This document shows, one piece after another, positions 38,289 to 51,369 of a DNA stretch of 64,000 bases. A program made the translations under genes and the position numbers. The notes beneath the pieces were generated by a model. That model was given only the letters and a program-made list of their open reading frames with translations, was not told where the DNA came from and made no database searches. Origin of the DNA: Isurus oxyrinchus. Taxonomy: Eukaryota. Where the stretch lies: positions 1,054,001-1,118,000 of the forward strand of contig JANJGN010000100.1 of the NCBI GenBank assembly GCA_026770705.1, given 5' to 3'. Within the stretch, counting starts at the first letter, position 1. Each line of letters opens with the position of its first letter.

Positions 38289-38999
38289 CAGCGCAAGTGT
38301 TCAAAATTCAAAACAGATCATCAATGCACCGAATATGGACTCATCTTGACTAATGTTCATAAATATTGTTTTATGCGTTTTTCCACCCTTCTGTGTCTGT
38401 TAGCTACGTTATATTTTTTATTTGCAAGAGCGATTGAGTAAAATTAATGGGCCCTTTCTTTTTTAAGTAAAAGATTCTTTGTTGATTTTTAAAATGATTT
38501 GAACTTCTCAAAAACACACAGACATAGGGAAAACATTGTTTATGTGTGTGTTTGCGCAAACACATTTTGTAAGTGTTCATGTCAATTAATGACCTGGATA
38601 CTGGTGCTGGGGAGGCGGTAAGTGTATTTCCAGATGGAACTAAGCCTAAGCAAGAGTGAAGGGGCTCCATGAAAATATTACATTTCAAACATATTCAGAT
38701 GTGCTGATGGATAAACAAAGATACACGAAGTGCATAAAGAATGAAAAGGAGCTTGAAAAAAAATTATGATCAACAAAAAGGATAGATGGATAGAAGACAG
38801 AATTCACATCTGCTGCTCTGTGTGAACCCCAGTACACTTCCCATATCCTGCGGAACCATTTGAGCAAGAAACATCGTCAGTTGCAGCAGATTTAGCTCAG
38901 TGTTTCAGAACTTGACAAGCAAGTCTATACATGTTGTCAGCCCGCAGCTTTAGCTTATGAAGATTTAGAGGAAATGCGTAGCCATTAAATAGGAAGTGG

Positions 39000-41390
39000 C
39001 ATTAGTGCAGGAGTGGAACTGAGTGCTTTCCTCACTCCAACCAATTCTCACTGCTGAAAACTGACGGGAGTGAAATGTCACCTGCGAAATGCGAATCCTT
39101 AATGAAGTGGGTGAACAGCCAGAAATCTTGGTGCAGATTAGTACGGACAACATTGTCAGATAAAGGGCTGTCATCCTGCAGTCACAATGTAAGGAATTAA
39201 GTTGGAAATTAGCAAATAGGAACCCAAACGGTGTAATCTCTGGTTTGCTACCAGTGCAACGCATTTGTGAGTATATGGTTAACTAGAGGAGTGCTAGCTT
39301 GAATAGAATAAGAACGGATCATAGCCAAATAAGCTGGAGTCAAATACTGGCAGGAAAGATGACAACCTAACAGTAGCCTTCAAAGAAGAGATAGTTCTGA
39401 CACAGTCAAGATCATTTCATCGAAAGGGAGAGGTACAGCAGGGAAATACAGAGCTCTTTACATGGCAGAAGAGTTCTCACTTATGATAACGAAGAAAACA
39501 AAGGTGTTTAGGACAGATCACAGTTAGAAAATAACATTGGAAACCAAGCTGGATATAGAACGTCCAAAGAGAGGGTGATAAAAATAAGAGAAGGAAAGAG
39601 GGCGTCGGAATCGAAACTCTGATTTCAATGTTTGCTGTAAATGCAAAAACGATAAAAGGGTGGTAAAACGAGGAGTAGGACCGATTAGGGACCAAGTACA
39701 TACAAAGACATATGGCGTAGCTGGGGTATTTCATGAATATTTCGCATTGGTCTTTACCATTGAAAAATATATTAAACAGGCCATGGTGAAAGTGGAGGCA
39801 ATGTAGACGCTAGAATTGTTGACAATTGATATGGGGGGGGGGGGGGAGGGTGGTGCTGTGGGCGGGGGGGGTGGGGGGGGGGTGGGGTTGGTGGGGGAGG
39901 GTGGTTGAGTTGTGGAGGGAGATTCTGGGGAAGGGACTGCTTGTATTCAATTTGGTAAAGCATCAGTTCCGGCCGGATGACCTGCATTTAAGGATGCTCG
40001 GGGGAGTGAGTTTGGAAATTGCAGAGGCATTGGCCATAATTTATTACTTTTCCTTAGACTCTGGGATGGTTTCACAGGACTTCAGATTGGCAAACGTTAA
40101 ATCCTCGTTCAAAGAACGTGTGAAAATATAAGTGCCTAAAACTATTTGCCAGTAAATCTATCCTTGGTACTTGGGAAACTTCCGCAATAGTAAGTTGAGA
40201 CAACATAAATAATCACATGTACAAATGTGTGTTAACTAAGGAAAACCAGCATGGATTCCATAAGGGGAAATCATATTTAACTAACGTGCTGGAGTGTTTT
40301 TTAGGAAGTAATATAGATGCATGATGGAGCCAAAGCATTTTATGTGGCAGTCATAGGTTTACCAAAGGACAATTGATACAATGCCGCACAACAGATTTGT
40401 GGGAAACGTTACATGGAATAAATGGAAAAGTAGCAACATCGATACAAATTGGCTGATCGAAGGTGGTAGGGATTAGAGGTTCTTCGTTTTATTTGAGGTT
40501 TGTAGTTGTGCTCCCCAGGTATCAGTGAGGATGGCTGAGAATTTAAAAAGGCATTAGGCATGTTGCTGGGATGGGAAAGCAGGTTCAATGGAGTTCAGTG
40601 GAGTTCAATGTGGGTAACTGTAGTTATTATTTTTGATAGCAACACCATGGAGTGACAATATCAAATAAGAGGCATAAAGTTAAGGTGTTACAGGAACTGA
40701 TGGACCTGGGTGTATATGTACATAAACCATTGAATGTTGAATGAGAGCATAAGATGACGATGAATGAAGCATTCGGTACCCAAGGCTTTATGAGCAGGGG
40801 CATTGATTACACGAATAAGGAGGTTACGCCGATTTCTTATAAGATGCTATCTCTGCCTCATCAGGTATATTGCGACAAGTTCTTGGCGTCCACACTTTCG
40901 GAAGCTTGTGAAAGCTTGAGAGGGTGCAGGAACAATTCTCGAGAATGGTGACAGGGATGAGGAACTTCAGCTAGTGAGGTGACAGGATTTAGCACTATTT
41001 TCCGATGAAGGCTGAGAAGAGTGCTGCAAGGGGTGTTCAATCATGCGGGATCTGAGCGGAGCAAATAGGGAGAACTATTCTTAATCGTGAAAGAATCAAG
41101 AACGACAGGATACAGATTTAAATCAATTGGAAAAATAAACAAAAGTAGAAAAGACTGTTTTATGCAGCGGTGCTTAAATCTGGAAGGCAGTACCTGAAAA
41201 TATCATGCAGAGAAGTTCAATAGAGGCAATCATAAGGGAATTAGATTGCTCTCTGAACAGGAATATTCCGCCGGGTTATAGGGAGAGGGTGGTAGAATTA
41301 CGCTTGGTAAATTGCTTATTCATACAGCTGAATCAGGCACTCAGGGTAGAATTGCCTCCTTCTGCACTGGAACAATTCTGTGAATACGTG
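39000..41390 (+). mobile_element. Decayed CR1 LINE (RT and 3' UTR) with a G-rich insertion at 39833-39900
   Basis: GPDDLHLRML..EIAEALAII..SLDSGMVSQDFRLANV and QHGF..GKS.LTN motifs. Confidence 0.75.
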
Positions 41391-42499
41391 CAACATAAAC
41401 AGGGTTTATGAAAGGATATAGAAACTCATAATAATTGTACTGCCCGGACACTCAAGGAACAGAATAATTAAGATGTCGAGAGGTCCAGATTGGTTATGTT
41501 ACAGTCTTATTGATATGTATTTAGGTTCAATTTCCGCCGAAGAATAAGGAATAACGTATTCATTGTGTACATTTTTTGCAGTTAGCATAGAAAGAAACGC
41601 GAAATAGGGCATTCATGAAGGGGAAAAACATGATTCCAGATGCATTGCATCCGCAGGTGCTCATGAAAAGTAAGAAGAAGACTGCGAACCACTGTCTTGC
41701 ATGTATGAGAAAGTAATTTTAATAAAGTGCAAATGCACTTGCTATTTTGAAAACAATGTGTCATATGTAGTCGCTGTGATGCGTCGAGTGTGCGGTTGAA
41801 GAGAGTTATCATGCTTTATGCTTTTGCAGTTGAGTTTGCATTTCATTATTAGCCCATATCATTGTCTAGCACCGACGTGAAAACGAGAGCCAAATTTGTA
41901 AATCTCTCCCTGTCTGCAAAGAGGCATTACATCGGTAAGTCTTCAGCTGTGCCTCTTGGTGAAAATACCCGAGAGCTTGGACCCTGGCGGCCCAAGGCTA
42001 ATTTTGCAGTGGAAATCTGAGTAGGGTTGGACCCTATACCAGCATTCATGAACAAAACTGCCAGCTACAGTGAAATGGCTTCACTGCATTGTAGATACGT
42101 CGGGAGGGTTGAAGGCTAAGGGGGTAAAACCTGAGCCCCCCCAAAAATCAAGGCAATCTATTTGAGGCTCAAAGACAGACTGGTTTCCAAATATGACATC
42201 TTCCCCCCGGTTTCGCCATGTAAATCAGAAGCCAATGTGATTGCCGATCATTAATGCAACATGGCTCTAAAATAGAATTAAGTAATCCAAAAAAACTATA
42301 ACCTAATTTCCGAACATTCTTTTAAGATGACAGTATACATATAAAAACTTGAGATGATCATCAAATCGAACTGTTGCTGCTGGTGGGAAAATGGATACAT
42401 TTGGCTCCACCGGGCAGCAAATTAAGAACTGTTATAAGACCATGAAGCTCCCATGTTGCCGTTGAATCGAATTGGTTATCTAATAACTCTAATTTCTGA

Positions 42500-43690
42500 A
42501 AGCTTCTATACGTTCCCCCTTGGGACAAAATCGATTCTCACTCATTTACCAGCTATCTTGTATTTTCAGCACTGCCCGTTTCCCTGAAGTTGAGTCATGG
42601 CCACCAGCCTCCACATTTGACAAACTGCTGAAATTTCCGCCACTTCCAGCGTGATGACCTCACAAAAACATCGACACCTGACCTTTCAGAATCTAGAAGG
42701 GACCGTTCCATCCGCTGCCCCCTTGTCCATTATTTAACCACCGTCCACAGCTTCTCTTCCCGCATCACCTTCATGATGTGCAACACCTTCCCTTTTATGC
42801 CCATTTTCTTCCATTTGACTTCCACACATGCTTTCCATGTGCATTCGGCGATTTGTTTGAACCTATTTCAATGGTATTGCATTGGAATTTTTGGTCGTGA
42901 TGCTGTGTCATCTAAACTCGGGGTAGCAAAACATATGTCTATATTTTTATTCCTATTCTATTTGCCATTGTAACTGAATACTATTTTATGCTAACTAATC
43001 AGGTTAGAGGAGAGCCAGGCCAGACTTTGGCTTTTGATCAGAACCACACAGGCAATTGTACACAAACTGTTCTGGGAGGTAGTGGCTGGAGCAAATTTGA
43101 CTGCCGCAGTGCTGTAGATCGAATATAATGGGCCTGTCCTAAGGTCAGCTAAATGATGAAGAAAACTTCCCTCATCAGACGGTGAAAAGATCGTTTGATT
43201 GTGTCTCAGTATAAATGCAAACCATATAATTGAGGCATCCCGATTTTTCTGATCTTCTGAGTTATAAGGATAATGTGTCGGAAAAGTTCTCACTGATTTG
43301 GTGGGAACTTTGGCGAACATCTCTTCATAATGTGCATGTGAATGTGCACTTTCAGCTAGCTGCCGTTATAATTCTGCATCCCACTCCGACTGATGAACCT
43401 CTGCCCTTGACCTTCCCTACTGCTCTGTTAAAAATCAACAGAAACAATAGAGCAGGACCTCAGTTTAGGTTTAGGAAGTGTCCAGGGCTCAATGCTGAGT
43501 TAAACCATTTCAGATCATACGCCTTCCTGCCATTTTTGTTTTGGACAACAGCTGTAGGCAATTATTCTAGCAACACTCATTCAACTTCCTCTCGACCATT
43601 CCTGCTTATTTACTTGCCCTATTGCTATCCCAACTGCCTTTTGTCAATCCGTTTTGTCATTTAATTCACCTGCCTTCTTCCCTATAGACC
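42500..43690 (+). mobile_element. Decayed Penelope-like fragment
   Basis: tttggcgaacatctc (~FAEHL) and gggctcaatgctgagttaaaccatttcagatca (~GLNIEFNNFRS). The 5' boundary is uncertain. Confidence 0.5.
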
Positions 43691-43769
43691 CCTAAACATG
43701 CACATAAAGAAATCAGGACCAATGTAGGAAAACCTGTAAGAAGTGAAAGCAAATGTGTAAAGATAGAGG

Positions 43770-44030
43770 GAGATTGCAAATAGGCTAATAATAAATAGGA
43801 TAAAATTAGCGTGGAATACACAGTTGGAGTAATGCCTTTAAAATGAATGCAGAAGATTTTGAAGGGAATTCACAAGTAAAATTGGACTGCGATCTGAAAG
43901 GAGAAAAAGTGCATGGTTAGGAGGATAATTCAGGGGAGTGGGACTAGGTGGAATGCTCTTTCGGAGAGCCAGCGCAGACTCGATGGGATGAATAACCTCC
44001 TTCTGCACTGTATCGGCACTATGACACTTT
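43770..44030 (+). mobile_element. CR1 3' end
   Basis: ggagagccagcgcagactcgatgggatgaataacctccttctgcactgta tail. Confidence 0.7.
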
Positions 44031-45057
44031 AAAAATTTCACAGTTGGGTCAATATGGAAGGTGGGTTTTGAATGGACATTATTGGCCTAAGATATACGAA
44101 TTGAAAATACAATACTCGAGGGGTTATCGGTTGGGCCATATGGTCGTGAAAATGATTATGATTCGTTAGGTTTAGGGTAGGTTGTTTGTTTTGCATTTAT
44201 CGGCGACGTACCAAAACTTTACATTGCGTGAATATCGTGGCCTTATTGATATAGAAAAAGATAAAGCAGTGGCCTGATATAAAATATAATGAGGTTTAAG
44301 TGAAAAAGCACGACGACAATGTACAACATAACATCTTAGATGTAAGGGAGAATGGGTGTAAAATGCAGTAAAGCCAACTTGCAGAGCTAATACGTAAGAT
44401 TAAACTATAAAGTATTGCCTTGTAACTGGCAACAAACAGGAAGCAATGCCTTAGTTGTGGTAAAAGGTACTTCAAGGGATAACTCAATGATATAAAGTGC
44501 AACTTACAGTATTCGAAGTGTTGATGCAGGAGTTTAAAATAGTATATGGTATTTTGAAGGGATTAGACAAAAGTAATATTGCAATATTACTGATATGAAA
44601 TGTTCAGGACTGCAGTAGCCCTAACACCAACCATGTGGAACACCAATGTTACCTTCCTTCCGTCTGAATCAAAACAGAAAACATTACATTCCTGTTCCAT
44701 CCTTTCTGGATCGTGAAGCAATGAGGACGCCACACTTCACCTATCTCTTCACTCCAGCACGTTTTAGATTTCCAATCAAAACAGCTTTATGACCCTTTGA
44801 GAGGTCATAGGAACTTCAACAACTATAGATCCCTCACGAAGCCTCACATTAGCTTGTAGTTGAAATGCATTTCACATCAGTTAGGTACACTTTGTTGCAA
44901 CTATGTAAGATTATAGTTATAACTATTTTATATTGCATTCTAAAGTAGTCGTTTTTATTCGATTGCACTATGTTGCATTAATTAATATAAGCATGAAAAT
45001 GACTGCATTGCTTTGTTTGTTCAGATAACTGTAACAAACAGCTTTGATGTTGCAAAC

Positions 45058-45096
45058 GAATTGCCCCTCTAGCGGTGAGCATTAGATATAAATGTG
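45058..45096 (+). promoter_or_regulatory. Putative promoter module of copy 4 (degenerate HD and O/E sites, clear TATA)
   Basis: GAATTG-CCCCTCTAGCGG-11 nt-TATAAA. The context AGATATAAATGTG is identical to copy 2. Confidence 0.45.
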
Positions 45097-45154
45097 TATG
45101 CCACTCAGCTTAAATTAGAGGGAAGAAGACAACAGCATAGCACTTTCACAGAAA

Positions 45155-47878
45155 ATGCATGCTCCAGGAAATGGACCAGTATTTCCCATTTATATTTCTG
45201 TTCTTGCTGCTTTCGGTGTTCCAGGTAAACTTCTGGCGAAAGTGAATAACTGGGCAGTCAATCTTTAACTGCGCTATCTATGAGTTGTTCATTGCTTACC
45301 ATAGATTTCATGCATTTTCTCTCTGCTGCTTTAAGAGCATTGCATTTCATTACTGCAGTACGACTGCTCTAAACTACGTGCCTTCTGTGGTCTCTTTTTG
45401 AAAGATAGGTTTATGTCCGTCTCTGTAATAAAGGACCCAGTTAGGATATTAATGTCCTGTGGATTATTGTAAGGAAATTGTGTTCTATGACATGCTGTTG
45501 AACGTTCAAGACGCATTATGATACATCCATGTCTACAAACTGCGCTGGAATTACATAATTTTATTCACCCCTCACAGTTCCATGGATATTCCTCTTGCGT
45601 TGACGATTTTCCACTGCCAGCTTTTCTTAAATGTCAACGGCATAGATAGATGTAGACGATAGAAATGCAAAAAAAAATAAAACAATGGTATTAATATCTT
45701 GGACAATGTAATGCACTCTGTGTAAAGGGGTTTAAACTAGGTTAGAAGTACTGAAGCAGGTTGATATGATTCTTTTCTTTCTGTTGTTGTTTCCATCTTG
45801 ACAGAAGTGCTTGTAACATATTGAGCATGTTCAGCAATTTTTGTTTACACTCCTCACATTTGCAGTTGCTACTTTTGCATGGAGTGACGTTATCATACCA
45901 TTATAATCAACAAGATTTTATGAAGATCGTGAATAGATCCTGATATTCTTGATAAACTTTAGCTGTTTCAGCAACTTTGTCAATAAATGTATGTTATTGT
46001 CCAGGCTGTATGTGACCTTTCAGAGAAGAAGTTAATTCTACTCATACTCAGGCAATTTGTTTCCCTGAAAAATATTGTCGAATTATCCTGTTCCACCAGG
46101 AGGCAGTAAGTCTGAACTCCGCTCCAAATCCCGAGTCTGTAAAAAAGGTCCGTATTCCCCGTGCATTGTTGGAGAATTGCAACACCATCAGGTCTGCCGT
46201 TTTTCTGAGGAAATGTTCAGTGGAGGTCGTCCTGCTCCTTTGATTACAGGACTCCGTGACAATGTTGGAATATCATATTTCTCTATCCTTGAGCCAGAAA
46301 CAATCATGCACCGACAACGTATGTCAGAATAAAATGCAGAGGAATCTCTAATCTCCCTTCTTACTGGAGCAGGATCTTGCTGGCGATAGCACCTCGCTAT
46401 AATGGATCGAATCGACTGCAGAAGAACTGCTGACCCTCCTTGACTTCGGTTCACAGGAGTAGAGGCCGATTACAATCAACATGATTGGTGCAAGACTTTA
46501 TTTTCCTCAGCCTTGATCCTCAATTACATTTATTATTGCCTCCTTATTAACTATATTTTAATTCCTGTCATTTGCTTTATTCTTTTTTTTTATTCCAGTT
46601 CTTCCGCAGTTCTTATAGTCAGCATTTACTATGGTTAAAAAAGAATCACCGTATTGAATTTTATTATAAGTACTTTTGCGCCAATGTAGCTATTTCATCC
46701 TTGTAATACCTTTAAAAACTATGTTCCATCCACTTGGATAATTTCTAAAATTTGCATGAATATAAAAGAAAGAAATGCTATGTTTTACTAGATGTTCGGC
46801 ATTCCAATTTTATTTGTAAGTAATTTGTTTTGTTCGACAAAGAGTAATACATTGGTAAACCAATCAGCGTCAGTGTTGATCAGTGCAAATTTTATCCCAC
46901 CCTGCCGCCAAAGTGATGTTGCAGCTGTGACTGTGATCATTAACACCGGTCCTTCTCTCTGTCTTATAGCTAACTTAATGACGATTGTGCCCCTATCCCA
47001 AGGAAAATGCGGTCTCTCCAGATGCATCAGTTCCGACTTGTCATCCATGGCAGTGAATGACCCTCCTTGTCATTATCACTGCTGTGATATTAAGCTGGCT
47101 TCGCGCTATTTCCCACTTAGTTTCCTGTCCAGTACCCCTGCCTACAGCGTGGTTATTGTCCTCAACTATGCTTCCAGAGACAGTTCTGTCTGGTTAATTG
47201 TCGCTTTCATCTTCGATCGCTTCATGGCCATTTGCTCCCAGCAGCTGAAATTAAAATATTGCACTGAAAAAAAACAGCAGCTGTGGGAAGTGGAATGGTC
47301 TGTGTGCTGTTCTTTTTGAAAAACGCCCCGTTTTACTTTATATATGAACCTATAGGTGTAATTAATAACGTACCATGGTACTGCAAAATAAGGAAAATCA
47401 CTTATGTTTCGGTGCAATGGAGAGTATTTGACTGGTTGGACCGTATTGTAACTCCATGTCTTCCTTTCATCCTGATCTTTCTGCTCAGTTTACGGACTGT
47501 CAGACATATTATATCAGCCAGTCGAGCTCGGAGGAGACTCCGAGCCCAAAACAGGGGAGAGAATTAGAGTGACCCGGAATGGAGAGCCGCAGAAAGTCCA
47601 TCATTTTACTTTTCGCCATCTTGGGCAGTTTCCTTCTGTTTTGGTTGACATATGTTGTAAATTTCCTATTTGTACAAATTTCAGGTAATGACTTTTCGGT
47701 AGGTTCTAACTCCAACGACCCAAAATCTATCTTGCAGGAAAGCGGGTACATGCTGCAACTCTTGACTTCCAGCACCAATACGTGTATATATTCAGGGACC
47801 CAGACAAAATTCAGGGGAGAGTTGAAGGACGCAGTCAAACACGCCTTCAATGTAATTAAGAAATGGCACAAAAACTGA
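45155..47878 (+). pseudogene. GPR139-like GPCR pseudogene (copy 4): exon 1 45155-45224, exon 2 46970-47878
   Basis: Exon 1 MHAPGNGPVFPIYISVLAAFGVP-G|GTAAAC. Acceptor tctctctgtcttatag|CTAAC. Compensating frameshifts at ~47060 and ~47100, a frameshift at the A-run 47267-47274, and TAG at 47565-47567 plus a 1-nt loss in DPEM. Retains RDSSVWLIVAFIFDRF, NVPWYC and STNTCIY. Confidence 0.92.
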
Positions 47879-47927
47879 AGATAGCTATAAAAGTTATTGC
47901 AGTTACCCTGCCTCCGTTTCTAATTAC

Positions 47928-47933
47928 AATAAA
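47928..47933 (+). terminator. Candidate polyadenylation signal of copy 4
   Basis: AATAAA 50 nt after the stop at 47878. Confidence 0.35.
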
Positions 47934-50312
47934 GAAGAGCAGAAAGTTTAGCCAGCATTCGGCCGATGTGCACAGTGTTCAATTCTATTATCGGTCTTAA
48001 TGTTCATAAATTTACGTGTGCCTCAGCAACTGATATTGTGATCTTTTGCTATGGTACTGGGATGGCTACGAAGAGTTCCAAGTCCCACGGGAGGAATTTG
48101 TAAAATTGAACATAATTAAATTCTGTTTGCTTTTGAGTTGGCATCGAACATATCGATGAAGAATCACAGGGGATCTGCACGCACGCATCTTGTTTCATAT
48201 TGCCGTTCAGGCAATGGATATTGTCAATTATCCCGAGTCAAGTCTACATATAAATCCAATCCCACACCACGTTATTGATTCTGATTTCCGTCATAGACAC
48301 TTGGAGAGGCCTTTTGGCACATTTACGTATTCACCCCGGGCTACTTTTGGCGTTGCTGATTGGTAGGCCGCTCCAGGAAGAGACTGACGTTAATTTATAT
48401 TGGTTTTCTTAGGCTGCATATTTGATAGCTTCCATTTAGATTGAACATTGCGTTCCACTATTTTTGATCTAATGATGATAAACGGCCTTGTCAATCAAAA
48501 GGAGGGCAATGCTTGCCATAGTTACATAATATTTTTCATTTTATGTATTCATTTTGGGAGAGCAAGGCTGAAGTTGATGACTTTTTATAACCTATTGCCC
48601 GGGCAAGTTGTATAATCCAATTTTCTCAGATCATTGATGATCATATATTGATTTGGCAAAGTTTTCAGGGAACATTGATGCAACTAATCAGCGTTTTTCA
48701 TCATAGGCTATATTCCGCTACAAATATTATTTCTAGCTGGCCACATCTTACTTTTTGGTGTTTAGGAATTCAACTCTTATGTATCAGTGATATCCTGGCT
48801 TAAGTGCTAGGCAATTGAATTCTCAAACATCGCTCAGTTCCTTTCAACGTTTGCTTTATACATTTCATTCAAAGTGTTTCCCTCTCCATCTCATGCTCTC
48901 TCTCATTCTCGCTCTCTCTCCTCCATCCGCTCCCACCACGTGTCTCTCTCTCTGCATTGTCATTTTTATACTTGTCCCTTTCTGCAACTTCCAACTCTCT
49001 GTCAATGTCAAGTCGATGTAAACTTTATTGACAGCTTCATTTTTTATAAGCACCAACATTTTTCCCCAAATTGATGCAGATTCATCATATTTATAGGCCA
49101 TGATTAAACGTTGTGCGAGTCCGCGAGGTGAAGGTGTTCATAGTATGGGCAATAATGGAATTAGTCATTATACAAGGAAAAAAGCAAATGCTCAAAAATG
49201 CTCGAAATTTAGGAAGGGCAGGCAAAAAGACAAAGGAGATCAGGCATCGCTGATAATACAGGATGAGACACTACATTAGTGACAGAGGATCTTAGATCAG
49301 ACGAACAAGATGTAGCATCAGTTTGGATGGTGCTAAAAAAAAAGTAAGGACTGCAAAATTTAATAAGGGCTATTTATAGGCAAACAAATGTTAATGGTAG
49401 TTTAGGGCACTGAACAATCAGAAAAATGGAGCTGCATGTAACAACTGTCATGGAATAGTCATAATATTCTTAAATCTACATATTAACTTGGTAAACCTAA
49501 TGAGCACTAATGTTTAGGATGGTTTCCAGGAGCGACTAAAAGTTGGCTAACAAAAGCAGAAAGTTGAGGAACCAACCACGGAACAGGGAAGTCTTGGTGC
49601 AGCATTGTGCAGCGTGAGAGGGATAATTAATAATTTTATTGTAAAACAGCCATTCCAGAAGTGTGACCATTGTATGACATTGTTCCATTAAGTTTGAGAA
49701 CAATGACGTTCAATCTAAAGCTATAATCTTATTCCAAGCAAATGAAACAATTGCGGTAAGAGGGACAATTTGCATGCAATGCATTAGCAAAACAAATTAA
49801 AAGGTAAATGACTGGATACGTTCAATGGCTAGTATTTCAATAACTAATACATAATTTACAAAAGAAACATTCCCCTAAGGCGCTCAAACCAGAAAGGAAA
49901 TGTGAATCACCGATGGCTAACAGTGGAAGTTAACAATTGCAATAGATGAAAGGAAGAGGTTACACATTTACCAAAAATAAAGCAGCAAGCCCGAGGGTTA
50001 GGAACATTTTAGAATTCACCAATGGGAGCCCAGGAAACTGGTCAAGAAAGGGAGAATAGAATATGAATGAAAACGAACGAGAAACATAAGAACGGACAAA
50101 CAGTGTCTATAGGTCCGATAATATTAAATGTTTATTAGGGACGAATGTGGCCCCACTACAGGAAGAGTCAGGAAAATTTATCATTAATCATGTGAAATGG
50201 CAGAGATGATATTTAATTACTTTGTCATCACGATGAAATTACAAGAAATCCCCTAGGAGCAATAGAGAACCAACGGGTCAGTGAGAATCAAGAACTGAAG
50301 GAAATCAGTATT

Positions 50313-51369
50313 GCCACCACCAAACACATCTTCCCTTCACCCCCCTTATCGGCATTCCGTAGGGATCGCTCCCTCCGGGACACCCTGGTCCACTCCTCCA
50401 TCACCCCCTACTCCTCAACCCCCTCCTATGGCACCACCCCATGCCCACGCAAAAGATGTAACACCTGCCCTTTCACTTCCTCTCTCCTCACCGTCCAAGG
50501 GCCCAAACACTCCTTTCAAGTGAAGCAGCATTTCACTTGCATTTCCCCCAACTTAGTCTTGTGCATTCGTTGCTCCCAATGTGGTCTCCTCTACATTGGA
50601 GAGACCAAACGTAAACTGGGCGACCGCTTTGCAGAACACCTGCGGTCTGTCCGCAAGAATGACCCAAACCTCCCTGTCGCTTGCCATTTTAACACTCCAC
50701 CCTGCTCTCTTGCCCACATGTCTGTCCTTGGCTTACTGCATTGTTCCAGTGAAGCCCAACGCAAACTGGAGGAACAACACCTCATCTTCCGACTAGGCAC
50801 CTTACAGCCTTCCGGACTGAATATTGAATTCAATAACTTTAGGTCGTGAGCTCCCTCCCCCATCCCCACCCCCTTTCTGTTTCCCCGTTTTTCCCTCCTT
50901 TTTTTTCCCCTATAAATTTTATACATTTTTCTTTTCCCACCTATTTCCATTATTTTTAAATATTTTAAAATCTTTTATGCTCCCCCCACCCCCACTAGAG
51001 CTGTACCTTGAGTGCCCTACCATCGATTCTTAATTAGCACATTCGTTTAGATAATATCACCAACTTTAACTTTAACACCTATGTGTTCTTTTGTACCATT
51101 GTCGCTGACATCTTTTGATGATCTGCTTCTATCACTGCTTGTTTGTCTACACAAGCACCTCTCTCTCTCTCTATCTCTCCGCCACCCCCCCCCCCCCCCC
51201 ACACACACACACACACACACCTTAAACCAGCTTATATTTCAACTCTTTCCTGGACTCGAAATCAAGTTCTGTCGAAGGGTCATGAGGACTCGAAACGTCA
51301 ACTCTTTTCTTCTCCGCCGATGCTGCCAGACCTGCTGAGTTTTTCCAGGTAATTCTGTTTTTGTTTTGA
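50313..51369 (+). mobile_element. Young 5'-truncated Penelope-like element with an intact GIY-YIG endonuclease frame and 3' UTR
   Basis: Open frame 50313-50849: AFRRDRSLRDTLVHS...CPRKRCNTC...NLVLCIRCSQCGLLYIGETKRKLGDRFAEHL...GLNIEF*. The 3' end reads tgctgccagacctgctgagtttttccagg. It interrupts a CR1 element. Confidence 0.9.
51265..51303 (+). ncRNA. Minimal type I hammerhead-ribozyme-like motif in the Penelope 3' UTR
   Basis: Stem I AGTT/AACT, core CTGTCGA (variant of CUGANGA), stem II GGGTC/GACTC, then GAAAC-GTC with palindromic ACGT as stem III. Confidence 0.6.

Noticed and set aside
39772-39987. Proline-rich ORFs (also 4042-4383, 30910-31229, 51081-51352 and 56917-57240)
   Set aside because: These are translations of poly-G/C runs. 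The runs may form G-quadruplexes, but there is no evidence of function and homopolymer lengths are error-prone.
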